A stretch of DNA of 64,000 nucleotides from an uncultured Clostridia bacterium (GTDB lineage Bacteria; Bacillota; Clostridia; TANB77; CAG-508), in NCBI GenBank assembly GCA_944389225.1, contig CALXLP010000004.1, forward strand, positions 7,314 to 71,313, written 5' to 3'. The position numbers were made by a program, and so were the translations under genes. Positions 40,774 through 51,066 of this stretch are shown here, piece after piece. How positions within the stretch are numbered: position 1 is the first letter of the stretch; each line of letters opens with the position of its first letter. Below the pieces are notes generated by a model. It saw nothing but the letters and a program-made list of their open reading frames with translations, was not told the origin of the DNA and searched no databases.

Positions 40774-41496
40774 TTAGTAAAGTGGCTCTTTTGATGGAAT
40801 TCCAGGCTTTCTAGGATATTTACTAGGTGTATTTTTCGTTTTTTCTATTAAAATTAGATTTCTTTTATTGTCACTTTTAGGCAATGTAAATTCTTCTATA
40901 TTAACAATTTCTCCACCTAATATTTTTATTGATTTTTTACTTTTTGAAATTTCATCACTAACTTCAGAGCCTTTCATACATATTGCTCTTCCTTTTACTT
41001 TTACCATTGGCAGCATATATTCTGATAAAGTTGTTAGATTGGCCACAGCTCTCGATGTAGCTACATCATACTTTTCTCTATATTGTTTATTTTTTGCATA
41101 TTCCTCTATCCTAGCATGTACTGCATTTATATTTTCTAATCCCAGTTCTTTTATTACTTCATCTAAGAATTTAATTCTTTTATTCAAAGAATCCAATAAA
41201 GTAATTTTTAAATCTTCACGCAAAATTTTTATTGGTATCCCTGGAAAGCCTGCTCCAGTTCCAATATCTATCACAGATTCATTTGGTTTTATATATGGAA
41301 TAATGGTTAAAGAGTCGATAAAATGTTTCAAGATGATTTCTTTAGGTTCAACAATTGCTGTTAAATTTATCTTTTCATTCCATTCTATTAGCAAATTCAT
41401 ATATTGATAAAATTTTTGCAATTGTTCCTCTGTAAACACAATATCAATTTCTTTTCCATAATCTATCATTAAATCAGAAAATTCTTGGATATTCAT
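40774..41496 (-). CDS. rsmG: 16S rRNA (guanine527-N7)-methyltransferase RsmG (GidB)
   Basis: 240 aa, DIGTGAGFPGIP SAM-binding motif; downstream of mnmG. Confidence 0.85.
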   Translation of the reverse strand: MNIQEFSDLMIDYGKEIDIVFTEEQLQKFYQYMNLLIEWNEKINLTAIVEPKEIILKHFIDSLTIIPYIKPNESVIDIGTGAGFPGIPIKILREDLKITLLDSLNKRIKFLDEVIKELGLENINAVHARIEEYAKNKQYREKYDVATSRAVANLTTLSEYMLPMVKVKGRAICMKGSEVSDEISKSKKSIKILGGEIVNIEEFTLPKSDNKRNLILIEKTKNTPSKYPRKPGIPSKEPLY

Positions 41497-41499
41497 TTC

Positions 41500-43392
41500 T
41501 TATTTCCTTTCGCTATTTTTTTCTTCTTTTAATTGTTGCAAATATATTAAAAGTACAGATACATCAGCAGGCGAAACCCCTGATATTCTAGATGCTTGTC
41601 CTATTGAATGTGGTTTGAATTTATTTAATTTCTGTCTTCCTTCCAAGCTAATTCCTTTGATTTTTTCATAATCCACATCATCTGGTAATATTTTTTCTTC
41701 TAATTTTTTAAATTTTTCTACTTGTGCTTCTTGTAATTTAATATATCCTTCATATTTTAGTTGAATTTCTACTTCTTCTTGTTCTTGCCTTGAAAGTTCA
41801 GGTCTATTTTTATCTATTTTGCTTAAACTTTGATAAGTTAGCTCTGGTCTTTTTAATAATTCTGCCATCTTTGTTCCTGTTGTTAATGCCGAAGTTCCTT
41901 GTTCTACTAAAAACTTATTTACTTCCTCTGTTGGTTTTACTACCAAATGTTGTAATCTTTCCTTTTCTTTTTCTATATTTTCTTTTTTCTTCAAAAACTT
42001 TTGATATCTTTCTTCTGATATTAATCCAATTTCATGTCCAATTGTTGTCAATCTTAAATCTGCATTATCTTGCCTTAGAAGTAACCTATATTCTGCTCTA
42101 GAAGTCATCATTCTATATGGTTCATTGGTTCCTTTTGTAGCAATATCATCAATTAATACACCAATATATGCTTGAGATCTATCTAATATTAATGGTTCTT
42201 TTCCTTTTATTTTTTGTACTGCATTAATTCCTGCAATTAATCCTTGTGCTGCTGCTTCTTCATATCCAGATGTTCCATTAATTTGTCCTGCCATAAATAG
42301 TCCATCAATTCCTTTATATTCTAAGGATAATTTTAAATTTGATGGGTCTATACAATCATATTCTATCGCATATGCAGGTCTTGTAAATTCTGCATGTTCT
42401 AAACCTGGTATTGTTCTATAAAGAGCAATTTGTACATCTTCTGGAAGTGAAGAACTCATTCCTTGTATATACATTTCCTCTGTATCTAATCCTACTGGTT
42501 CTACAAAAGCTTGATGTCTTGGTTTATCACTAAATCTTACCACTTTATCTTCTATTGAAGGACAATATCTAGGCCCTGTTCCTTCAATTTTTCCTGCATA
42601 TAATGGTGATCTATGTAAATTATTTCTTATAATCTCATGTGTTTTTTCATTGGTATATGTCAAATAACAATCTACTTGTTTAAAATCTTTGGGTTCATCT
42701 TCAAAAGAAAAAGCTTCTATTCCTTGATCTCCTTTTTGAATCTCCATTTTACTAAAATCAATACTTCTTCTATTAATTCTAGCTGGTGTTCCTGTTTTAA
42801 ATCTTACCAAAGGAATTCCTAAGTTTTTCAAAACATCTGATAATTTATTTGCCGCAGCTACACCATCAGGTCCACTTTCTTTTGAATATTCACCTATAAA
42901 AATTTTTCCTTTTAGATATGTACCTGTTGCTAAAATAACTGCTTTTACATGGTAAACAGCACCAACATCTGTTTTAATCGCTTTTACTGTTCCATTGTCA
43001 ACGATGATATCTACTATCTCCCCTTGTTTTACTTCTAGATTTTCTTGTTTCTCTAAAGTATGTTTCATTTCAGCTTGGTATTTTTTTCTATCAGCCTGTG
43101 CCCTTAAAGAATGTACAGCTGGTCCTTTCGAAGTATTTAACATTTTTATTTGTATCATAGTTTTATCAATATTCTTTCCCATCTCTCCACCTAGAGCGTC
43201 AATTTCTCTGACTAAATGTCCTTTAGAACTTCCTCCGATATGTGGATTACATGGCATATTTGCAATTGCTTCCAAGCTAATTGAAAATATCAAAGTCTTC
43301 ATTCCTAATCTTGCTGCTGCAAGCGCTGCTTCACATCCAGCATGTCCTGCCCCAACAACAGCTACATCATAATCTCCCGCATTATATTCCAT
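41500..43392 (-). CDS. mnmG: tRNA uridine 5-carboxymethylaminomethyl modification enzyme MnmG (GidA)
   Basis: FAD-binding [23 protein letters not shown]-terminus, 630 aa. Confidence 0.95.
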   Translation of the reverse strand: MEYNAGDYDVAVVGAGHAGCEAALAAARLGMKTLIFSISLEAIANMPCNPHIGGSSKGHLVREIDALGGEMGKNIDKTMIQIKMLNTSKGPAVHSLRAQADRKKYQAEMKHTLEKQENLEVKQGEIVDIIVDNGTVKAIKTDVGAVYHVKAVILATGTYLKGKIFIGEYSKESGPDGVAAANKLSDVLKNLGIPLVRFKTGTPARINRRSIDFSKMEIQKGDQGIEAFSFEDEPKDFKQVDCYLTYTNEKTHEIIRNNLHRSPLYAGKIEGTGPRYCPSIEDKVVRFSDKPRHQAFVEPVGLDTEEMYIQGMSSSLPEDVQIALYRTIPGLEHAEFTRPAYAIEYDCIDPSNLKLSLEYKGIDGLFMAGQINGTSGYEEAAAQGLIAGINAVQKIKGKEPLILDRSQAYIGVLIDDIATKGTNEPYRMMTSRAEYRLLLRQDNADLRLTTIGHEIGLISEERYQKFLKKKENIEKEKERLQHLVVKPTEEVNKFLVEQGTSALTTGTKMAELLKRPELTYQSLSKIDKNRPELSRQEQEEVEIQLKYEGYIKLQEAQVEKFKKLEEKILPDDVDYEKIKGISLEGRQKLNKFKPHSIGQASRISGVSPADVSVLLIYLQQLKEEKNSERK

Positions 43393-43872
43393 TTTTCTCT
43401 CCTTTTTTATTTCCGTGTGAAACAGAAAGTTTTGTTTTGTTCTCTTTTTATTTTAAATTTTACTTTTTAGTAAAGCCATTTTTTTGTGTATTGCCTTTTT
43501 ATCAATCATTTGTTTTGCGAACATTGTATACATAAAGTTTCTTTTTTATGTATCGATATGCTAAAGTTTGCTATTCTTCTGGCTTTGCTCGATTTTTGTT
43601 CGCCCCTTGTTTACTTTGATTGATGAGTAAATTTTTTAAACTTTTTTGTTCTTTGTTTACTTTTCTATTTTCATCCCCACTATTTTTGTACTTTTTTCTT
43701 TTACCTTATTGTTTTTTCGTAGTTTCACATTTTTATTTTACATATATTTTTATTATTTACTTTTATTTGCTTTCAAAATTCGTTTTAAGCTTGTTTTTGT
43801 ATTTTAGTATAAAATTATACTGCTTGCAATTATTTTCTGCTTATTTTTGATTTTCGTTCGTCGCTAGTAACT

Positions 43873-45234
43873 TTATTTTCCTAAGCAGAACTTTGAAAAA
43901 ATTTCATTAATGATATCTTCTGTTACAAATTCTCCAGTAATATTTCCTAAATCTTCTAAAATCTGTTTTATATAAACAGTAACAATATCAATTGGCATTT
44001 TTTCTTTCATCGTTTCTTTAGTCTTTTTTATACTTTCAATTGCTTGATGAATTAAATTTTTATGTCTTATATTTGTAATAACCAAATCATTATCTATATT
44101 AATCTCATTTATTTCAAATAATTTTGTAATTTCTGCATATACATCATCAATACCAATATTATTTAGTGCAGATATTTCTAAAATACTATCTGTTACCTCT
44201 CTAAAATCTTTATCTTCTTTATGTAATTTTTGCTGCAAATCTATTTTATTTAGTAAAATAATAACCTTTTTGCCTTTTATAATCTCTAAGATTTCTTTAT
44301 CTTCTTTTGATAATGGTTTAGAAGCATCGAAAATAGCAATGATTAAGTCTGCATTTTTGGCGATTTCTTTTGATTTATGAATTCCTATTTTTTCTACTTC
44401 ATCTTTTGCATTTCTAATACCTGCTGTATCAATTAGTTTTAAAGGAATTCCATTTATATTTACAAATTCTTCTATGGTATCTCTTGTTGTTCCTTCAAAT
44501 TCAGTTACAATTGCCCTATCTTCTTTTAAAATCCTATTTAAAAGAGAAGATTTTCCTGCATTTGGTTTTCCTATAATCGCTGTTTTTATTCCTTCTTTTA
44601 ATATTTTTCCATTATCAAAACTTTTTTCAAGTTTATTTAGCTTATTTTCTACACTATCTAGCATATTTATAATTTCATTATTGGTCACTTCTTCTACATC
44701 ATATTCTGGATAATCAATCGCTACTTCTATATTCACCATAACATCCAATATTTCTTGTTTAATAGCTGAGATTTCTTTAGATAATCCACCTTCTAATTGC
44801 TTTATCCCTGCTTGTACTTCCTTTTCACTTTTAGCATTTATGACATCAATAACAGATTCTGCTTGTGTTAAATCAATTCTGCCGTTTAAAAAAGCTCTTT
44901 TAGTAAATTCTCCTGGTTCAGCTAGTTGTGCTCCATTTTCTAAACATAGTTCTAATATTTTTTTCATAACAACATTTCCACCATGTGAGTTAATTTCACA
45001 CATATTCTCTGTTGTATAGCTCATAGGCTCTTTAAAATAAGAAACTAAAACTTCATCAATTATTTTTTCATTTTCTATGATATGTCCATATTTCATAGTA
45101 TATCCTTTTATTTCTTCTATGCTTTCTTGTTTCTTTGGTTTAAATATTTTTTCTAATATTTCAAAGCAATTTTTCCCACTCATTCTAATGATCCCGATTC
45201 CTCCAATCCCGAGGAGCCGTAGATATAGAAGCAA
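43873..45234 (-). CDS. mnmE: tRNA modification GTPase MnmE (TrmE); 5' end appears frameshifted
   Basis: G-domain motifs GKPNAGKSSLLN, DTAG; C-terminal CLGK. An ATG at 45244 with RBS GAGAGGTG encodes MSTIASISTAP, the canonical MnmE N-terminus, but in a frame that stops after 19 codons. The annotated frame (GIGGIGIIRMSG) starts from TTG at 45234. Confidence 0.85.
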   Translation of the reverse strand: MLLYLRLLGIGGIGIIRMSGKNCFEILEKIFKPKKQESIEEIKGYTMKYGHIIENEKIIDEVLVSYFKEPMSYTTENMCEINSHGGNVVMKKILELCLENGAQLAEPGEFTKRAFLNGRIDLTQAESVIDVINAKSEKEVQAGIKQLEGGLSKEISAIKQEILDVMVNIEVAIDYPEYDVEEVTNNEIINMLDSVENKLNKLEKSFDNGKILKEGIKTAIIGKPNAGKSSLLNRILKEDRAIVTEFEGTTRDTIEEFVNINGIPLKLIDTAGIRNAKDEVEKIGIHKSKEIAKNADLIIAIFDASKPLSKEDKEILEIIKGKKVIILLNKIDLQQKLHKEDKDFREVTDSILEISALNNIGIDDVYAEITKLFEINEINIDNDLVITNIRHKNLIHQAIESIKKTKETMKEKMPIDIVTVYIKQILEDLGNITGEFVTEDIINEIFSKFCLGK

Positions 45235-45412
45235 TTGTACTCATGAAATTCACCTCTCTTTTTTATCAATCATGATTATATCATATTATGTCAATTTTTA
45301 AAATACTTATTAGAAAATTGTCTGTTTTTGTCTTTATAAAAAGTAAAAAAGAGGTCATAGGCAATTTATACAACTCCGTATAAAATTTGACCTTTGACCT
45401 CAAATTTTTATT

Positions 45413-46105
45413 TTATTTTTTTAAAGAAATGACAATTCTTCTATTAGGTTCTTCTCCTATGCTTTCTGTCTGTACTTTATCATTTTGTTGTAATTTACTA
45501 TGAATAATTTTTCTTTCATATGCTTGCATAGGCTCCAATTTAACAGGTTTTCTTGTTTTTATTACTGTCTTTGCTACCTTTTCTGCAAGTTCTTCTAATG
45601 TTTTTTCTCTTTTTGCTTTATATCCTTCGATATCTAAAATTACTCTAACTTTTTTGTCTATATCTTTTCCTGCGATTGCTGATAATATATTTTGGAAAGC
45701 ATATAATGTCTCTCCCCTATATCCTATTAAAAAGCCTAAATTTTCATTTGATATTTCTACATTTAAACCTGTTTTATCTTTATGAATTACATATGTTGTA
45801 TTTTCAGGTAATTCTTTTATAATTTCTTCCATAAAGTTTTTTACATTTTCTTCTGCTTTTTCTTGTTCTTCTTCAGATAATTCAATGATTTTTTTAGGTT
45901 TAATTTCTTTCTTTTCTGTTTTATCTTCTTTTAATGTCATTTCTACTTTTACAACTCTTGGTGCTAAAATACTAAAAAAGCTTCTTTTTTCTTCGTTCTC
46001 TAATACTTTAATCTCTACTTTATCCTTTGAAACTCTTAATTGTTTTAATCCATTTTCTATTGCTTCATTTGTCGTTCTTCCTTCTGAAATAATTGTTTTT
46101 TCCAT
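45413..46105 (-). CDS. jag: Jag/KhpB RNA-binding protein (KH + R3H domains)
   Basis: C-terminal R3H (ERKIIHSKLQ) and position downstream of yidC. Confidence 0.8.
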   Translation of the reverse strand: MEKTIISEGRTTNEAIENGLKQLRVSKDKVEIKVLENEEKRSFFSILAPRVVKVEMTLKEDKTEKKEIKPKKIIELSEEEQEKAEENVKNFMEEIIKELPENTTYVIHKDKTGLNVEISNENLGFLIGYRGETLYAFQNILSAIAGKDIDKKVRVILDIEGYKAKREKTLEELAEKVAKTVIKTRKPVKLEPMQAYERKIIHSKLQQNDKVQTESIGEEPNRRIVISLKK

Positions 46106-46109
46106 CTTG

Positions 46110-47009
46110 CTATTCCTCCTCAGTTTTAATTACTTTATTTAAAATCAATCTTTCCATAATCATCAAAATATTATTTGTTAACCAATATAAAGCTAATCCT
46201 AATGGTGCAATCATTGCAACAGATACAGACATTAATGGCATAAACCATGACATCATTTTATTTGTTTGCATTACAGCATCCATTTCGTTTTTCTCTTCTT
46301 CTGGAACTAGTTCCTTTCCTGTTGTTCCGTCTATTGGAACACTTTCTTTCGCTTTTTTTTGATCCTTTTGTTGCATTGATGTTGACAATTTTATTGATAT
46401 AAAAGAAGAAACAATATACAATACTGGGATAATATATACTGTGATATCTGTTAAATTTTGTTGTGGTACTTTACTTAAGTCTAATCCTAAAAAATTCATT
46501 TCTAGATTTGCTCTATCAATATATTCATCTTCTGGATTTTGTTCTTTCAAGAATTCATATTCTCTAATAATATCAATTTCTGGATAAGCTGTGCTTACGG
46601 CTTTGCCACTTTCCTGTAATTGTGTAATATAATTATTCATATTCTCTTCAGGTATATTTTGCATATATGTTAATGGTGATCTTACTAAATAAAAAATTGA
46701 AAATAAAAGAATAATTTGTATAATTGCCGTTAAACAACCACTAAATGGACTCATTTTTTCTGTTTTATATAATTCCATCATTTCTTGATTCATTTTTTCA
46801 GGATTATTTTTATATTTAAATTGAATAACTTTCATCTTTTCCTGAATTTTCGCTGTCTTTTTCATGGTTCTTTGCTGTTTGACTGAAAATGGAATAAATA
46901 AAATCTTTATAAAAATGGTAAAAATAATAATGGCTAACCCATAATTATTTATAAATCCATATATAAAAGCTAATAAATAGCCAAAAATATTTGCAAAAAA
47001 TTGAAACAT
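46110..47009 (-). CDS. yidC: membrane protein insertase YidC/SpoIIIJ (Oxa1 family)
   Basis: 299 aa, five TM helices, conserved synteny rnpA-yidD-yidC-jag. Confidence 0.85.
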   Translation of the reverse strand: MFQFFANIFGYLLAFIYGFINNYGLAIIIFTIFIKILFIPFSVKQQRTMKKTAKIQEKMKVIQFKYKNNPEKMNQEMMELYKTEKMSPFSGCLTAIIQIILLFSIFYLVRSPLTYMQNIPEENMNNYITQLQESGKAVSTAYPEIDIIREYEFLKEQNPEDEYIDRANLEMNFLGLDLSKVPQQNLTDITVYIIPVLYIVSSFISIKLSTSMQQKDQKKAKESVPIDGTTGKELVPEEEKNEMDAVMQTNKMMSWFMPLMSVSVAMIAPLGLALYWLTNNILMIMERLILNKVIKTEEE

Positions 47010-47026
47010 TCTGCTTCCTCCTAGTT

Positions 47027-47245
47027 TTACTTTAATGGATCATATCCACCTTTTGAGAAAGGATTACATTTAAAAATCCTTTTTACTGATAGAAAGCCAC
47101 CTTTTATTGTGCCATATTTTTCTATTGCTTGTTTTGCATATTCTGAACACGTAGGATAATATTTGCATCTGATATTTTTCTGTTCTAACCAACAAGATAT
47201 ATGTTTTTGATAAAAATTAATTAAGAAAATAAGTATTTTTTTCAT
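47027..47245 (-). CDS. yidD: membrane protein insertion efficiency factor YidD
   Basis: 72 aa, CKYYPTCSEYA cysteine motif. Confidence 0.8.
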   Translation of the reverse strand: MKKILIFLINFYQKHISCWLEQKNIRCKYYPTCSEYAKQAIEKYGTIKGGFLSVKRIFKCNPFSKGGYDPLK

Positions 47246-47594
47246 ATGATTCCTCTAAAAATATTCTAGCATCTTTAAATACTTTTTTCATATCTTTTTC
47301 CACATAATCATAGCAAGCTTGTCCTATTTCTTGTTGTTTTTTCCAAATAAAAATAATATCATACCCTATTTTTATGTGTTCTTCTATTTGTTTATAATTT
47401 TCTCTTATTATTCTTTTCACATAGTTTCTTTTAACTGCTTTTCCTAATTTAGAACTAATTGCAATTCCTAAAAAATTAATATTTTTATTATTTTTCCTTA
47501 TGAAAATTGCAATATACTTTCCAGAATAATATTTTCCTCTGTTTAAAACATTTTTAAATTCATAGTTCTTCTTTAACATTTTCGTTTTTTTCAT
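47217..47594 (-). CDS. rnpA: ribonuclease P protein component RnpA
   Basis: 125 aa basic protein, KAVKRNYVKRIIRE RNR-like motif; overlaps yidD. Confidence 0.8.
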   Translation of the reverse strand: MKKTKMLKKNYEFKNVLNRGKYYSGKYIAIFIRKNNKNINFLGIAISSKLGKAVKRNYVKRIIRENYKQIEEHIKIGYDIIFIWKKQQEIGQACYDYVEKDMKKVFKDARIFLEESYEKNTYFLN

Positions 47595-47711
47595 TTTTTA
47601 GTCCTTTCTTCTCAGAAAAGCAAAGATTATGAAAAAAGATAACCTGATTTATTTTTAAAAGGCTCGCTTTTTGCGGCCTTTTTCAATAAATTATAAATTT
47701 AATATATTAAA

Positions 47712-47846
47712 TTAAGCACTTAATTTTTTTCTACCTTTTGCTCTTCTTGCTTTTAATATATTTTGTCCAGATCTTGTTTTCATTCTTTTCATAAATCCGT
47801 GTTCTTTCTTTTCTTGTCTATTTTTTGGTTGATATGTTCTTTTCAT
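47712..47846 (-). CDS. rpmH: 50S ribosomal protein L34
   Basis: [55 protein letters not shown]; not in the ORF track because it is under 60 aa. Confidence 0.9.
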   Translation of the reverse strand: MKRTYQPKNRQEKKEHGFMKRMKTRSGQNILKARRAKGRKKLSA

Positions 47847-48040
47847 CTACTCGCACCTCCTATTGATTTTTATATATATACATTCCAAAAATGGAAAATA
47901 TTTGCTAAATTTTAAATAAGCATATCGATTATACCCCAAAACAAATGCAATTGTCAAGAGTATTTCTATTTTTTTATCATTTTGCTATTTTATTCAAATT
48001 TTTTGTCTTTTTTTGTAATATTTTTGTAAAAAAGCCTTAG

Positions 48041-48252
48041 TTTTCCACAGTTTTTTATCTTGTTTTCCACAGTAAAAAAATTTTTTCCACAATTGTATTG
48101 ACTTATTTTATATAATTTTGTTATGATATGAAAAGCATAAAAAATATTCATTTTTTGTTGAAAATACTTAAATTTTTGTTCGTATAAAAAACGAATTTCA
48201 TTACAGAAATATTACAATATTATCAACATTTGTGGATAACTTTGTGGATAAC
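48041..48252. other. oriC part 1 (rpmH-dnaA spacer): DnaA-box cluster plus putative dnaA promoter
   Basis: TTTTCCACA at 48041, 48064 and 48083; TGTGGATAA at 48231 and 48244; TTGACT-17-TATGAT-like promoter about 48098-48127. Confidence 0.7.
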
Positions 48253-48275
48253 TTTTAAAAAGAAGGGATGATGAA

Positions 48276-49625
48276 ATGGCAATTGATAAAGAAGAATTAG
48301 TTGCAAAAATAAAAGAACTATTAAAACCAGAAGTAACAAAAATATCTTATGATACTTGGATTTTACCTTTAGACATAAGAAGTATTGATGGTGATAATAT
48401 TGTTTTTACAACAATTTCAGAATTTCAAAAAGACTTTATAGAAAATAAGTACAGAAGTTTAATTTTTAATACATTACGATATATAACCAATAAAGATTGG
48501 ACATTTTCTGTTATTGATCTATCAAAAGAAGAACAAAATGATGAAATTGTAATTAAAGATAACTCTAATGCAAACACAGCTGAAGTAGAAACAAATAAAT
48601 CAACATTAAATCCAAAATATACATTTGAAACTTTTGTTGTTGGAAATAGTAACCGTTTTGCTCATGCAGCAGCTTTAGCAGTAGGAAATGAACCAGGAAA
48701 AGCATACAATCCATTATTCTTATATGGTGGTGTTGGTTTAGGAAAAACCCACTTAATGCATGCAATTGGAAATCGCATTTTGGAAAATAATAGTAAAATG
48801 AATGTATTATATGTAACTTCAGAAAAATTTACCAATCAATTAGTAAATGCTATTAAAGATAATAAAAATGAGGTTTTCCGCAATAAATATAGAAGTATTG
48901 ATGTACTTTTAATAGATGACATTCAATTTATAGCAGGAAAAGAACGTATTCAAGAAGAATTTTTCCACACATTTAATTCTTTATACGAAGATGGAAGACA
49001 AATTATCATATCTAGTGATAAGCCACCAAGAGATATTCAATTTCTAGAAGATAGGTTAAAATCTAGATTTGAATGGGGATTATTAGCTGATATTTCTTGT
49101 CCAGACTATGAAACACGTTTAGCTATTTTAAGAAAAAAAGCACAAGATGAAAATATTTTAATAGACGATTTTATCTTATCTGATATCGCAAATAAAATTG
49201 ATTCAAACATAAGAGAATTAGAAGGAGTCTTTAATAAAATCGTTGCAAGAGCTTCATTAATTCATAGTCCAATCACAATTGAACTTGCTGAAAACATTAT
49301 CAATGAATTCAAATATGAAAGTGAAAAAGTAATATCTTGTGATTTTATAAAAGAAACTGTTGCAAAATATTTTAGTATTAATAAAGATGATTTGTCAGGA
49401 AATAAACGTTCAAATGATATTGCCTTTCCAAGGCAAATTGCTATGTATCTTTGCAGAGAAATTGCCAATATGTCTTTTCCTCAGATAGGAGTAGACTTTG
49501 GAGGTAGAGATCATTCTACAGTTATGCATGCTTGTAAAAAAATAGAAAAAGAAATAAAAGAAAAAAGTAATACAAAATTAATTGTGGATAGTGTGAAAAA
49601 TATAATTATAAATGGAAAACAATAA
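48276..49625 (+). CDS. dnaA: chromosomal replication initiator protein DnaA
   Basis: AAA+ Walker A GGVGLGKTHL; C-terminal DNA-binding domain; 449 aa. Confidence 0.97.
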   Translation: MAIDKEELVAKIKELLKPEVTKISYDTWILPLDIRSIDGDNIVFTTISEFQKDFIENKYRSLIFNTLRYITNKDWTFSVIDLSKEEQNDEIVIKDNSNANTAEVETNKSTLNPKYTFETFVVGNSNRFAHAAALAVGNEPGKAYNPLFLYGGVGLGKTHLMHAIGNRILENNSKMNVLYVTSEKFTNQLVNAIKDNKNEVFRNKYRSIDVLLIDDIQFIAGKERIQEEFFHTFNSLYEDGRQIIISSDKPPRDIQFLEDRLKSRFEWGLLADISCPDYETRLAILRKKAQDENILIDDFILSDIANKIDSNIRELEGVFNKIVARASLIHSPITIELAENIINEFKYESEKVISCDFIKETVAKYFSINKDDLSGNKRSNDIAFPRQIAMYLCREIANMSFPQIGVDFGGRDHSTVMHACKKIEKEIKEKSNTKLIVDSVKNIIINGKQ

Positions 49626-49725
49626 GAAATTTGCACTTTGAAAATACATTTTTGAAATTTGTGTTTGATAGAATGCTTGTTCTTAAAAAGATAATCTTTC
49701 TATTCTTACGGAACAGCTAAAAAGA

Positions 49726-49935
49726 ATATCCACAGCCTCATGTTAATAAGCTGTTAAAAATCTGTTTATAACTAAGTTTTACACAATTGTAACAAAAAGG
49801 TGTGGATTATTTTTCAAGTTTTCCACTAAATTATAAACAGTAATTTTACTAGGGATTGTGACTATCAACATAGTTTTCCACAGTTTCCACAATGCCTAAT
49901 ACTATTACTACTAAAAATATTATATATATTTATAA
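49726..49935. other. oriC part 2 (dnaA-dnaN spacer): DnaA boxes and AT-rich unwinding element
   Basis: TATCCACA 49727, TGTGGATTA 49800, TTTTCCACT 49822, TTTTCCACA 49874, GTTTCCACA 49884; AT-rich tract 49908-49935 abutting the dnaN RBS. Confidence 0.7.
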
Positions 49936-49947
49936 GGAGGAATCGCT

Positions 49948-51066
49948 ATGAAGATTGTTTGTTATAAAGACAAACTTATTAAAGCATTGAATTCCGTAGT
50001 AAAAGGTGTAGCTTCTAAAACTACAATGCCTATATTAGAAGGAATTCTAATTCAAACAAATGATAATGAAATAAAATTAACAACCTATGATTTAGAAATA
50101 GGAATAGAATATGTAATGGAATGTGAAGTACTTGAACAAGGAAGTACAGTTGTAAATGCTATTATGTTTAGCGAAATTATTAGAAAATTACCAGATACAG
50201 AAATAAAAATATCTTTAAATTCAAATAACTTATTAGAAATTGAATGTGAAGGTTCTTTATACAAATTAGCTACAATGAATCCTGAAGAATTTCCAGAATT
50301 ACCAAAAATAGAAGTAGAAAATTCTATTGAAATTGATCAAAATGTATTAAAAAATATGATAAGAAGAACAATTTTTGCAGCAAGTACAGAAGAAAGTAGA
50401 CCAATTTTTACAGGTTGTTTATTCGAAATTGAAAATAATAAATTAAGTTTAGTAGCTGTAGATGGTTTTAGATTAGCTTTAAGAAAAGTATTTTTAACAA
50501 AGCAAAGTAATGATTTTAGTGCAGTTATTCCAGGAAAGACATTAATCGAGTTAAATAAAATTATTACAGATTCATTTGAACCAATAAAAATGGGAGTTTC
50601 TAAGAATCAAGCATTATTTGAAATGGATAATTGTAAAATCGTTACAAGAATCTTAGATGGTGAATTTTTAAATTATAAAAATGTTATTCCAAATACATGG
50701 GAAACAAGGATTAAAGTAAATAAAAATAGTATACAAGATAGTTTTGAAAGAATTAGTTTAATTTCTTCATCTTCAGTAGAAAAAGAGAAGAAATATCCTG
50801 TAAAAGTACAGGTAGATATAGGAAAAGTAACAATTTTATGTACAAATCAAACAGGAGATGCGAAAGAAGAGTTATATGTTTCAACAGAAGGAAAGAATTT
50901 GGAAGTAGGATTTAATCCAAAATATTTCTTAGATAGTTTAAAAGCAATTGATGATGAAGAAGTATATATAGAATTTGGAAGTAGTATATCTCCATGTTTA
51001 ATAAAATCAGTGGAAAATAATGATTATGTATATATGATTTTACCAATTAGATTAAAAGAGGATTAA
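49948..51066 (+). CDS. dnaN: DNA polymerase III beta sliding clamp DnaN
   Basis: 372 aa, MKIVCYKDKLIKALNSVVKGV...PILEGILIQT. Confidence 0.95.
   Translation: MKIVCYKDKLIKALNSVVKGVASKTTMPILEGILIQTNDNEIKLTTYDLEIGIEYVMECEVLEQGSTVVNAIMFSEIIRKLPDTEIKISLNSNNLLEIECEGSLYKLATMNPEEFPELPKIEVENSIEIDQNVLKNMIRRTIFAASTEESRPIFTGCLFEIENNKLSLVAVDGFRLALRKVFLTKQSNDFSAVIPGKTLIELNKIITDSFEPIKMGVSKNQALFEMDNCKIVTRILDGEFLNYKNVIPNTWETRIKVNKNSIQDSFERISLISSSSVEKEKKYPVKVQVDIGKVTILCTNQTGDAKEELYVSTEGKNLEVGFNPKYFLDSLKAIDDEEVYIEFGSSISPCLIKSVENNDYVYMILPIRLKED

Noticed and set aside
43405-43425. Candidate parS site (…CCGTGTGAAACAG) just upstream of mnmG
   Set aside because: Only the right half-site GTGAAACA matches the TGTTTCACGTGAAACA consensus. 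The left half matches 3 of 8 positions, so it is not a credible parS.
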